Both the position numbers and the translations under genes were made by a program. This document shows positions 1 through 8,769 of a stretch of DNA of 31,498 bases, piece by piece (position 1 is the first letter of the stretch; every line of letters starts with the position of its first letter). Source of the stretch: Chloroflexota bacterium (GTDB lineage: Bacteria; Chloroflexota; Dehalococcoidia; Lucifugimonadales; Lucifugimonadaceae); contig PBHC01000014.1 of assembly GCA_002719295.1 (NCBI GenBank), positions 1 to 31,498 on the forward strand. The letters run 5' to 3'. Below the pieces are notes generated by a model. The model made no database searches. It was not told the origin of the DNA and saw nothing but the letters and a program-made list of their open reading frames with translations.

Positions 1-1
1 T

Positions 2-157
2 TTTAAAGAATACATCCCTAGTATTTTTTATCTTGGAAAAGAAAAAGCCTTTGAAAATGCGTTTGGATTTACCATGGACGAATTTTATGTAACTTTTGAG
101 GAATTTTTAAATCTTCCTGAATCAGAGCAATTCAAGATTTTAAAACCTATAAATTAG
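2..157 (+). CDS. Partial CDS (C-terminal 51 aa), hypothetical protein
   Basis: Frame 2 is open from the window edge: FKEYIPSIFYLGKEKAFENAFGFTMDEFYVTFEEFLNLPESEQFKILKPIN*, TAG at 155-157. Not in the ORF track because it has no start. The AFxxAFGxxxxEFY pattern looks like real protein sequence. Confidence 0.75.
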   Translation, partial: FKEYIPSIFYLGKEKAFENAFGFTMDEFYVTFEEFLNLPESEQFKILKPIN

Positions 158-180
158 ATTTTTAATTGAAGGTAATAATT

Positions 181-1053
181 ATGGAAAAAATAGCACTAGG
201 AACAGTTCAATTTGGTATAGATTATGGTATTAATTCAGGTGTCAAGGTTGAGCCAAATGAGGTGAATAATATAATAAATTTTGCACGTAATAATGATATA
301 AGAATGTTAGATACTGCGAAACTTTATGGATCTAGTGAACAAGTGTTGGGAGAAGTAAATACTCAAGATTTTGATATCGTAACCAAAACTAGAGGTTTTG
401 ATCAGGAAGCTATTACTGAAAAAGTGGCTAGTTTCGTAATCAGTGATTTATATCAGTCTTTAAGATTATTAAAACAAAAATCACTATATGGATTGTTAGT
501 CCATCATGGTGAAGATCTATTAAAGCCTGGTGGCGAAATGATTTTCAAACAACTTCAAATTCTCAAGGATCAGGGTTTAGTTAATAAAATTGGTGTTTCT
601 GCTTATATTGATAATCAATTAATAAAGATTATTGATAGATTTGATATTGATATTATTCAATTTCCAATGAATATTTTAGATAGACGATTATTTGATAATG
701 GATTATTAAATAAAATCTATTCTAAAGGTATAGAGATACACACGCGTTCCATTTTTTTACAAGGTCTATTATTAATGGATCACAAGAAAAGACCCAATCA
801 GTTTGAGAGATGGAGTAGTTTATGGAAATTTTGGCATGAATGGCTTGCTGATAATAAATTATCAGCTTTAGAAGCGACCATTAGATATATGATTTCAATA
901 CCTGAGGTATCTAGAGTTTTAGTAGGTGTTGATAATAAAGATCAGTTGCAAAAAATTATTAATTCAATCGATGGAAATCTTCCTTCTATTCCTAAAGAAT
1001 TATCAATCGATGATACTGACTTGTTAAATCCAGGAAATTGGAGTAATTTATGA
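181..1053 (+). CDS. Aldo/keto reductase of the type found in glycan / nonulosonic acid biosynthesis loci
   Basis: KIALGTVQFGxxYGI N-terminus; catalytic tetrad D (LDTAKLY), Y, K (IVTK) and H (LLVHH); KIGVSAY; RSIFLQGLL; LLNPGNW end. ATG at 181 preferred over TTG at 166. Confidence 0.9.
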   Translation: MEKIALGTVQFGIDYGINSGVKVEPNEVNNIINFARNNDIRMLDTAKLYGSSEQVLGEVNTQDFDIVTKTRGFDQEAITEKVASFVISDLYQSLRLLKQKSLYGLLVHHGEDLLKPGGEMIFKQLQILKDQGLVNKIGVSAYIDNQLIKIIDRFDIDIIQFPMNILDRRLFDNGLLNKIYSKGIEIHTRSIFLQGLLLMDHKKRPNQFERWSSLWKFWHEWLADNKLSALEATIRYMISIPEVSRVLVGVDNKDQLQKIINSIDGNLPSIPKELSIDDTDLLNPGNWSNL

Positions 1054-1152
1054 AAATCATAGATTTTAATAAAGTGTCCATAAGTTGGTTTGCTACTGGA
1101 GAAATGAGCAGTGTATCTAAGATATTATTGATCAAACAGTTTTTCATTTAAT

Positions 1153-1194
1153 AAAAAAATGCCCTCATTCAAATCATCAAACTGAGGACATTTT
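1153..1194 (-). terminator. Probable intrinsic terminator hairpin
   Basis: Inverted repeat AAAATGCCCTCA (1156-1167) / TGAGGACATTTT (1183-1194). On the minus strand the single mismatch becomes a G-U pair and the stem runs into a U7 tract. Confidence 0.5.
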
Positions 1195-1396
1195 AAAAAA
1201 TAACTGCTATTTGATAGCACTCATATAACAGCTACTTTGATTAGTATATCTTATTAAACTTATTCAACGTTAGATTCTTGATTAAAATTTGGATTAGATC
1301 ATTACAGACTAGATAATTTAGCTATAACCTTAACTTTTGAATAACTTAATGTCACAAAATTTCCTGAAAAAAAATCAACTTGATATACTTAATTAG

Positions 1397-1436
1397 GTCC
1401 TATTGATTATAAAATTTGCTTTATAACCAATGGGAC
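1397..1436. repeat. 40-bp imperfect palindrome (17-bp stem, 6-nt loop)
   Basis: GTCCTATTGATTATAAA-ATTTGC-TTTATAACCAATGGGAC: 15 Watson-Crick pairs, 1 wobble and 1 mismatch. Confidence 0.7.
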
Positions 1437-1514
1437 GTCCATAATTTAGCCCTAATTTATTTGATATTTGATGAATTTATTAATATTTCTAAGTAAATTT
1501 CAGAGCAGTAAGAT

Positions 1515-2678
1515 TTAATCGTAATTCCAATTTACAAAATTTACATTAACTCCATTTTTTTCTAATTCTTCTATACCACCATCTCTCATTAGTGCGTCCA
1601 ATGCTGATCCCTGTACTTTTTTTTCTATAGATATTTCTTTTAATGATTTGAGTTTTAATAATGGGCTCAAATCAGAAATTTTTTTATTTCCTCCCAAATT
1701 TATATATCCTAAATTTGGGAACCCATGATTTTGAGAAAATAATTCTTTAAGTATTTTATTGTCTATTTCTAGTCCTCCAATTTGAAGAGTCCTAACATTT
1801 TCATTAAATGCTTGTTCCCAATTTTCTGATAATATAGGGTTTCTACTTATTCCAATATGAGTTAATTGTCCTGCGAATTCATTTATTGATGGTATAAATG
1901 GACCAAGTGATTGGATATTATTCCCATCTAACCATAAATGTTTCAAGTAGGGATTTCTTTGTGGGGTAAAAGCCCAAATGTCAGAAATTTTATTATCATA
2001 CATATAGAGATGTTCTAGATTTCTCAAAAGAGCAATTCTTTCTATATCTTCAATATCATTACCTGTAAGATCTAAATGTTCTAAATTTTGAAGTTCTTCT
2101 ATTCCATTTATGTCTTTTATTCCAGCTTCTCTAATAGTTAATTCCTCAAGGTTTTTAAAATATTTAAGATCATTTATGTTTTCCATACTAATTTTATTAT
2201 TTAAATTCGTTTGACCAATTTGGCCCCCTATTTTTATCTCTTTAATTTTAGATATATCTTCTAAAGTAATATAATCCTTATCAATCTTTTCTCTTATATA
2301 TAATTCAAACTCTAAACTTTCAAATACTATAGCATTAGCTGGATAAGTAGGTGTAGGAGTAGGAGTTATGGTAGGTATAGCAGTTGGATAAAAAGTTGTT
2401 TTTTTCTTATTTTCTGTAGCAGGTTTTACCGTTGGTAACAATTTTCTTTCGTAATTATTTTGTGTAGCAGGTTTTAAAGTTGCTAAAGGTTTTGAAGTTG
2501 CTAAAGGTTTTGAAGCTTTTGTAGGAGTGATTAACTCTGTTGCTACTTTTTTTTCTTTCATAGATACAGGAGTTTGTGTAGGAGAAATATTACCTTCGAT
2601 ATTTATAGATTCGTCTGATTCGTTTGATGAACAACTAATTGAAATTAATGCTAAAAATATAATTAAATTTATTTTCAT
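1515..2678 (-). CDS. Leucine-rich repeat (internalin-like) lipoprotein with Pro/Thr-rich linker
   Basis: Signal peptide MKINLIIFLALISISC with lipobox-like Cys; low-complexity PT/K linker; cap-like segment FESLEFELYIREKI; LRRs such as LEHLDLTGNDIEDI, LEHLYMYDNKISDI and LKHLWLDGNNIQSL. Confidence 0.85.
   Translation of the reverse strand: MKINLIIFLALISISCSSNESDESINIEGNISPTQTPVSMKEKKVATELITPTKASKPLATSKPLATLKPATQNNYERKLLPTVKPATENKKKTTFYPTAIPTITPTPTPTYPANAIVFESLEFELYIREKIDKDYITLEDISKIKEIKIGGQIGQTNLNNKISMENINDLKYFKNLEELTIREAGIKDINGIEELQNLEHLDLTGNDIEDIERIALLRNLEHLYMYDNKISDIWAFTPQRNPYLKHLWLDGNNIQSLGPFIPSINEFAGQLTHIGISRNPILSENWEQAFNENVRTLQIGGLEIDNKILKELFSQNHGFPNLGYINLGGNKKISDLSPLLKLKSLKEISIEKKVQGSALDALMRDGGIEELEKNGVNVNFVNWNYD
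2477..2515. repeat. In-frame 18-bp tandem repeat (about 2.2 copies) in the LRR protein linker
   Basis: AAGTTGCTAAAGGTTTTG at 2477-2494 and 2495-2512, encoding SKPLAT x2. TGTAGCAGGTTTTA also occurs at 2415-2428 and 2463-2476 (KPAT). Confidence 0.85.
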
Positions 2679-2685
2679 AGAATTT

Positions 2686-2691
2686 ATTATA
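2686..2691 (-). promoter_or_regulatory. -10 element (TATAAT) of a probable leaderless promoter
   Basis: The minus strand reads TATAAT-aaattct-ATG: a perfect -10 hexamer 7 nt before the start codon, with no SD in between. Confidence 0.55.
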
Positions 2692-2771
2692 ATCTCTTGG
2701 CAAATAATTTATATTCTATAAATTATCGTTATAACTCGTAATATATTTTGTAGAAAATGCTTAATTCATAC

Positions 2772-2780
2772 TGATATAGT
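2772..2780 (+). promoter_or_regulatory. Extended -10 element (TGaTATAGT) of a probable leaderless promoter
   Basis: TG-a-TATAGT-ttccttc-ATG(2788); 7-nt pyrimidine spacer and no SD. Confidence 0.55.
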
Positions 2781-2787
2781 TTCCTTC

Positions 2788-4344
2788 ATGCTCTTAAACT
2801 TATTGGCAAAATATCAAATAACTAATAATCCCAAATTAGATTTTTTTTCAGGTTTGACTGTGGCTTTAGCACTTGTTCCCGAAGCAATAGCTTTTTCTTT
2901 TGTAGCTGGCGTAGAACCTTTAGTTGGATTATACGCTGCATTCATTGTTGGAATTATTACATCTTTATTTGGAGGAAGAAGCGGAATGATATCTGGTGCT
3001 ACAGGAGCAATGGCAGTTGTGATGGTTTCATTAGTAGCAATTTATGGAGTTCAGTATTTATTTGCAGCTATTATTTTAACTGGAATAATACAAATTATTA
3101 TAGGTTTATTAAAATTAGGAAAATTTATTCATATTGTTCCATCTACAGTAATGCTTGGATTTGTAAATGGATTGGCAATTGTAATTTTCTTAAGTCAGAT
3201 TGGACAATTTAAGGATCATAGTGCAACCTCACATTCTGAAGGGAGTCATAGTGCCATAAACGTTTTATTTAACGGAGGTTGGCTGGAGAGTGGTCAGTTA
3301 TCTATTATGGTAATTCTTACATTAGTCACAATGGGCATAATCTTTTTTATTCCTAAGGTTCCAAAAATTGGAAAGATAATTCCTTCTCCATTGATTTCAA
3401 TAATTATTTTATCTTTAGTCGTAATCTTATTCAAAATAGATACTCTAACTGTTGGAGACCTAGCATCTGTATCAGGAGATTTACCTGCATTTACTATTCC
3501 TAGTGTTCCAATGAGTTTAGAAACATTATGGATAGTTCTTCCTTTTTCACTAACATTAGCTGGTATTGGATTAATTGAGAGTCTACTAACTTTAACGCTG
3601 ATTGATGAAATTACAGATACAAAAGGTAAACCAAATAAAGAATGTGTAGGACAAGGTTTAAGCAACTTGACATGTGGTTTTTTTGGAGCAATGGGCGGTT
3701 GTGCAATGATTGGTCAATCTATGATAAATATTTCTTCAGGTGGAAGAGGTAGATTATCAGGAATTGTAGCTGCTATTTCTCTTTTATGTTTTATTTTATT
3801 TTTCTCAAGATGGATTGAAATGATACCTATTGCAGCACTGGTTGGAATAATGATGATGGTCGTAATTGGTACTTTTGCTTGGACTTCATTTAAAATATTA
3901 AGGAATGTTCCTAAGGAAGATGCTTTAGTTATAATTCTTGTAACAGCTGTTACTGTTTGGCAAGACTTGGCTATTGCAGTGATTGTTGGTGTTATTTTAT
4001 CTGCTTTAACTTACGCTTGGAAATCATCAAACTTTTTAAATATAATAGAGGAAATTAAAATTTCAGACATTGAAGCCAACTATAAGTTAAAAGGGACATT
4101 GTTTTTTGGATCAATAAATAGATTTAATAATATTCTTAATCCTTTAAATTTTACTGAAAAAACTATTACTTTAGATTGTTCAGAATCTTGGATTTGGGAT
4201 CAGTCTTCTATTGAAGCATTGAGTAAAATAACGGAAAAATTTAGACTGCAAGGAAAGGTATTAAATATAGAGAAATTAGGTCCAAGTAGTCTGAAGTTAT
4301 TAAAAAATGCTGAAAAAATCTCCAAATTAAACATTTACGAATAA
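2788..4344 (+). CDS. SulP/SLC26 family inorganic anion transporter with STAS domain
   Basis: SGLTVALALVPEAIAF, GLYAAF, MISGATGAMAVV, GGCAMIGQSMIN motifs; C-terminal STAS (GTLFFGS, WDQSSIEAL). Confidence 0.93.
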   Translation: MLLNLLAKYQITNNPKLDFFSGLTVALALVPEAIAFSFVAGVEPLVGLYAAFIVGIITSLFGGRSGMISGATGAMAVVMVSLVAIYGVQYLFAAIILTGIIQIIIGLLKLGKFIHIVPSTVMLGFVNGLAIVIFLSQIGQFKDHSATSHSEGSHSAINVLFNGGWLESGQLSIMVILTLVTMGIIFFIPKVPKIGKIIPSPLISIIILSLVVILFKIDTLTVGDLASVSGDLPAFTIPSVPMSLETLWIVLPFSLTLAGIGLIESLLTLTLIDEITDTKGKPNKECVGQGLSNLTCGFFGAMGGCAMIGQSMINISSGGRGRLSGIVAAISLLCFILFFSRWIEMIPIAALVGIMMMVVIGTFAWTSFKILRNVPKEDALVIILVTAVTVWQDLAIAVIVGVILSALTYAWKSSNFLNIIEEIKISDIEANYKLKGTLFFGSINRFNNILNPLNFTEKTITLDCSESWIWDQSSIEALSKITEKFRLQGKVLNIEKLGPSSLKLLKNAEKISKLNIYE

Positions 4345-4465
4345 ATTTATATAATTTGTTTTAGCTCTAAATCATTTCAACAAAATAATCCATTTCCATG
4401 AAAATTTATAGTAATCTCTTTATACTAAATAATTAGTAAATAAATTAAAATTAAGAGAGCTGTTA

Positions 4466-4789
4466 ATGAATCATGATGAATTAGATAATTTAGCTGAAAA
4501 AAATGAGTCAGATCACCATTCTAAAAGAGCTGAAGAGTTAATGATTGAAAATGCAAAAAAAGGTCTATTTATTCTTCAATATTTTACTTGTAAAAACTGT
4601 GGTGATATTCCAGAAGAAGAAGGAAAAAGAGTAGATGTTTTAGCAAAAGTTATTGAAAATTCAAACGTTGGTATTTCTGGTTTTGCTATAGGTTGGACTG
4701 AAAAAGGCTTACAAGTATGGTGTGAAACTTGTGATAGTAATGTAATTAATCTTGATTTCAAAGGTCAAAAAGTTGGATTTGTTCATTAA
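4466..4789 (+). CDS. Hypothetical protein with two CxxC motifs
   Basis: 107 aa; CKNC and CETC; GWTEKGLQVWC segment; purine-rich AAGAGAG upstream of the ATG. Confidence 0.8.
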   Translation: MNHDELDNLAEKNESDHHSKRAEELMIENAKKGLFILQYFTCKNCGDIPEEEGKRVDVLAKVIENSNVGISGFAIGWTEKGLQVWCETCDSNVINLDFKGQKVGFVH

Positions 4790-4855
4790 GTTTTGAATTA
4801 TAAAATCAATAAAAATATAATATTTGGATGATAACCTCTAGGAAGGATTAATAGA

Positions 4856-5935
4856 ATGTCAAAAAAAGAAATGAATGCCGGATTAGATATGGCTGAAGGT
4901 AAATATATTTTTAAAAAAACAAAAATGCCGGAAATATTTGATGATCAAGCTCTAGTAAAGGTAATGTCATCTGGAATTTGTGGTTCGGATTTACACAATA
5001 CTATTGAAAGGAAAAATAAAACTCATTTTACTGAAGCTGGTAATTTACCTCAGATTATCCCTGGGGGACATGAGGTTTCAGGAATAATTGAAGAATTACC
5101 CAAAAATTATTCAGGAGATTTAGAGATTGGAAGTAGGGTAGCCATAGATATGGGTGGAGCAGGAAGAGCTTGTCAAGATTGCTATTATTGTAACTTTGGA
5201 TACACAAGACATTGTATAAATCCTGGACAAGATACAGGTGGAGGGTTTGGAGAATATGTAACTCGCAAACCTTTTGGTATGTATAGAATTTCTGATGAAA
5301 TGACCTACAGTCAAGGAGCATTAGTGGAACCTTTAGCTATTTCTGTCCATGGGCTTAGATATTGTAAATTTGAGACAGGAATGACTGTTGCTGTGGTAGG
5401 ATCAGCATCAATTGGATTAGGTGCAATTGCTTCTGCAAAATTTTTTGGTGCATCCAAAATAATTGCTTCTGCAAAATATCCTCATCAAGCAGAGGCAGCC
5501 AAATTGATGGGAGCGGATATTGTTGTTAGTGCAGAACCAGGGGACCTTGAAAATGCTTGTTTGGAAAATACAAGTGGAATAGGAGTCGATATTGCAATTG
5601 AGAGCGTTGGAGGAACTAATAATTCTTCATTAGTTCAAAGTGCAAATGTTGTTAGAAATGTTAGCAATGTACTAATTCTTGGAAGGTTTGGTGAAAAAAT
5701 TGAAATGGACTTTTTACAACCTATGATGAAAGAAATTAATTTTATAAATACAACTTGTTATGCGAACATAAATGGCATCAGTGACTTCAAACTTGCGATT
5801 GAAATACTATCCTCTGGCGATCATCCTTACAAGGGAATAGTAACTCATACTTATGAACCAAAGGATATACAATTAGGTTTCGAAAAAGCTTATGATAAAA
5901 AATCAAAATCTTTGAAAGTACATATTAATTCATAA
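4856..5935 (+). CDS. Zn-dependent medium-chain dehydrogenase (sorbitol/threonine dehydrogenase-like)
   Basis: GICGSDLH, GHE, structural Zn site CQDCYYCNFGYTRHC, VEPLA, Rossmann variant VVGSASIG; SD GGAAGGA. Confidence 0.93.
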   Translation: MSKKEMNAGLDMAEGKYIFKKTKMPEIFDDQALVKVMSSGICGSDLHNTIERKNKTHFTEAGNLPQIIPGGHEVSGIIEELPKNYSGDLEIGSRVAIDMGGAGRACQDCYYCNFGYTRHCINPGQDTGGGFGEYVTRKPFGMYRISDEMTYSQGALVEPLAISVHGLRYCKFETGMTVAVVGSASIGLGAIASAKFFGASKIIASAKYPHQAEAAKLMGADIVVSAEPGDLENACLENTSGIGVDIAIESVGGTNNSSLVQSANVVRNVSNVLILGRFGEKIEMDFLQPMMKEINFINTTCYANINGISDFKLAIEILSSGDHPYKGIVTHTYEPKDIQLGFEKAYDKKSKSLKVHINS

Positions 5936-5948
5936 ATACAATATTTAT

Positions 5949-6644
5949 TTATAATCCCAATTGATCGTCATAAAATAACTTTAAAAAACTTTCTATTTCA
6001 TTGAAATCTATATTGTTATAATCCTCAATAATATTTTGTTCATTGAATGGTTCTTCAATTTGCATATCATATGATTCAAAAATAATTCCAATCCTATTAA
6101 AAATGCTTTGAAATGGAATTAAGAATTTATCTATACTTATTTGTAATTGTTTAATATTGATTAATGGTTCTTTTTTTTCACCATATACTGACATAACTTC
6201 TTCATAATTACTTTCAATATTTTTTTTATTTTGATCTATTAAAGATGACTTTTTGGTAACATTTTTTATTAAAATTTCTAGGAAATTTACAATAGTCCCT
6301 GCAAATTCTAAAATATCCTCAGTTTTTTCATCATTGCTAAAATCTAAATCTCTTACTAGATCACTCAGAATTTTATTGTAATGTATAAAATCTTTATATC
6401 CAAAAGGTTCTTTTTCATCAGTTCCAAATTCAATTTCATTAATATTAATCTTCAGATATTGGTTAAGTTCAAATGTATCAGGTCTTATATCTCTGCCAGA
6501 TTCTTGAGCATCAATAATTAATTCTTTAAACGCTTCAACACTTAAATCTAATTTTTTTATTAGATCGTTTTGGCTAGGAAACTGACCATTTCTATTCAAC
6601 CCAATCCTCATATATCTATGTAATTTATTTATTCTATCTGACAT
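5949..6644 (-). CDS. Hypothetical protein, possible N-terminal HTH
   Basis: 231-aa acidic ORF fills the gap between neighbours; N-terminal GQFPSQNDLIKKLDLS resembles a winged-HTH segment (weak). Confidence 0.7.
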   Translation of the reverse strand: MSDRINKLHRYMRIGLNRNGQFPSQNDLIKKLDLSVEAFKELIIDAQESGRDIRPDTFELNQYLKININEIEFGTDEKEPFGYKDFIHYNKILSDLVRDLDFSNDEKTEDILEFAGTIVNFLEILIKNVTKKSSLIDQNKKNIESNYEEVMSVYGEKKEPLINIKQLQISIDKFLIPFQSIFNRIGIIFESYDMQIEEPFNEQNIIEDYNNIDFNEIESFLKLFYDDQLGL

Positions 6645-6798
6645 ACATTTAGGGATATTTAAAATATGAATATTTATATTATAGTTTTTTATATTTGAAA
6701 TATCTAAGAAATCACTTAAATGCCAATCTATTTATTTCTAAATAAAATCATTTGAATATAATAAGTAAAAATCTTTTTACAAAATTGGGGAGATATAG

Positions 6799-8769
6799 TT
6801 GAACAAATCTAAAAAATTATCTGCAGAAGTCAAATTTAATAATATTATTACTCATCCTTTAGATCCTTTAAGTTTTGATGAAATTAATAAAATATCTGAA
6901 ATAGTAAAGGCTAAGTCTGATCTTGGAAAAGAATTACTTTTTGAAACAATAATGCTTCTTGAGCCAACTAAGGAAAAAGTACTCTCTTTCAAAAAAGGGG
7001 ATCATATAGACAGAAATGCATTTGTTGTAGTGCTAAATTTCAAAGAAGAAAAAATTTATGAGCTTGAAATAAATTTAATAAGTGAAAAAATTCATAGATG
7101 TGAATTTATTCCTAACGTTCAACCAGCTTTTATTTTTGGTGATTTAGAAATGAATTTTAATGAATGGGAATCAAAGATGAAAAAAGATCCTAAGGTAATT
7201 GCAGCTTTGAAAAAAAGAGGCATTACAGATCCAGATCTATTACAGATTGATCCTTGGCCTATATCTAATTTTGGAAATAAAGATGAAGAAGGTAAAAGAT
7301 TAGCAATTGGAAGATGTTGGATTAGAAGGGAACCAGAAGATAATGCGTATGCGCGACCAATTGAAGGTCTTTCAATAATATTAGATTTAAATAAAAATGA
7401 AGTTGTAGATATTCAAGATTTTGGTACAGTTCCAATTCCTCCAAACGATGGGAATTATTCTCAAAATTACCAAAAGGAATTTAGAACAGACTTAAAACCT
7501 ATTGAAATCACCCAGCCAGAGGGTCCAAGCTTTAAGGTTGATGGAAATGAGGTTAAGTGGCAAAAATGGAATTTGAGAATTGGTTTTACTAAGCGTGAAG
7601 GATTAGTTATTCATACTGTTGGGTATGAAGATAATGGAAAATTAAGACCAATATTATATAGGGCATCTTTATCTGAAATGATTGTACCGTATGGAGATCC
7701 AACTAATGACCATTTTAAAAAACAAGTTTTTGATGCAGGAGAAGTTGGTATAGGAAAATGTGCCAATTCATTAGAACTTGGATGTGACTGCTTAGGTGAA
7801 ATAAGATATTTTGATGCATCTTTATTCGATATAAGAGGAAATGCAACATTGATTAAGAATGCTATTTGTATGCATGAAGAGGATTATGGCATTTTGTGGA
7901 AACATACTGACACTAGAACAGGAGAAGTTGAAACTAGAAGATCTAGGAGGCTTGTGATTTCTTCAATTGTTACAGTAGGTAACTATGAGTATGGATTTTT
8001 TTGGTATTTTTATCAGGATGGAGGAATTGAATATGAGGTGAAATTAACTGGGATTGTGAATTCTTCAGCTGTACCTCCTGGAGTTAAGCCAAAACATGGT
8101 ACTTTAGTAGCTCCTCAAGTTGTTGCACATAATCATCAACATTTTTTTAATGTTAGGTTAGACATGATGGTTGATGGAATCGAAAATTCGGTATATGAAG
8201 TTGATACAATTCTAGATCCAATCAGTGAAGAAAATAAACACGGTAATGCTTTTTCTACAAAAAAAACATTAATTCAAAATGAAGGTGAAGGAGCAAGGAT
8301 AGTTGATCCTTTTGCAGCTAGATATTGGACAATATCAAATAATTCAAAGAAAAATTATATGGGAGAGCCTGTAAGTTATAAGATAGCTCCTGGAGAAAAT
8401 CTACTTCCGTTTAGTCATAAAGATTCTGTTGTAAATAAGAGAGCTGGTTTTATGAACGCACATCTTTGGGTTACACAATTTAATAATAAAGAATTATATG
8501 CTTCAGGAGATTATCCTCAACAGCATCCTGGAGGAGACGGACTCCCAAAATGGATTCAATCAAAAAGAGACACCAAAGATAAAGATTTAGTTGTTTGGTA
8601 TACATTAGGGCATAACCATATACCAAGATTAGAAGATTGGCCTGTAATGCCAGTCGCTTACATTGGATTTTCTATTAAGCCTTCAGGTTTTTTTGATAAA
8701 AATCCAGCATTAGATGTCCCTCCATCTAATAATCACTCTTGCAGTTCAGTATGTAATTGCTGTAATTAA
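6799..8769 (+). CDS. tynA: Copper/topaquinone primary-amine oxidase
   Basis: HPLDPLS start; TPQ consensus TVGNYEY; Cu ligands HNHQH and HIPRLEDWPVMP; catalytic Asp in FDAGE; NSLELGCDC; TTG start with SD GGGGAG; no signal peptide. Confidence 0.95.
   Translation: MNKSKKLSAEVKFNNIITHPLDPLSFDEINKISEIVKAKSDLGKELLFETIMLLEPTKEKVLSFKKGDHIDRNAFVVVLNFKEEKIYELEINLISEKIHRCEFIPNVQPAFIFGDLEMNFNEWESKMKKDPKVIAALKKRGITDPDLLQIDPWPISNFGNKDEEGKRLAIGRCWIRREPEDNAYARPIEGLSIILDLNKNEVVDIQDFGTVPIPPNDGNYSQNYQKEFRTDLKPIEITQPEGPSFKVDGNEVKWQKWNLRIGFTKREGLVIHTVGYEDNGKLRPILYRASLSEMIVPYGDPTNDHFKKQVFDAGEVGIGKCANSLELGCDCLGEIRYFDASLFDIRGNATLIKNAICMHEEDYGILWKHTDTRTGEVETRRSRRLVISSIVTVGNYEYGFFWYFYQDGGIEYEVKLTGIVNSSAVPPGVKPKHGTLVAPQVVAHNHQHFFNVRLDMMVDGIENSVYEVDTILDPISEENKHGNAFSTKKTLIQNEGEGARIVDPFAARYWTISNNSKKNYMGEPVSYKIAPGENLLPFSHKDSVVNKRAGFMNAHLWVTQFNNKELYASGDYPQQHPGGDGLPKWIQSKRDTKDKDLVVWYTLGHNHIPRLEDWPVMPVAYIGFSIKPSGFFDKNPALDVPPSNNHSCSSVCNCCN

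Noticed and set aside
1205..1219. Small hairpin TGCTAT-TTG-ATAGCA
   Set aside because: A 6-bp stem is expected by chance in AT-rich DNA.
1223..1275. attC-like pair ATATAAC ... GTTAGAT
   Set aside because: Only 53 bp, with an imperfect R box, no convincing L boxes, no second copy and no integrase in the window.
2415..2515. Repeats considered as a possible CRISPR array
   Set aside because: They are in-frame coding repeats with no regular unique spacers and no cas genes.
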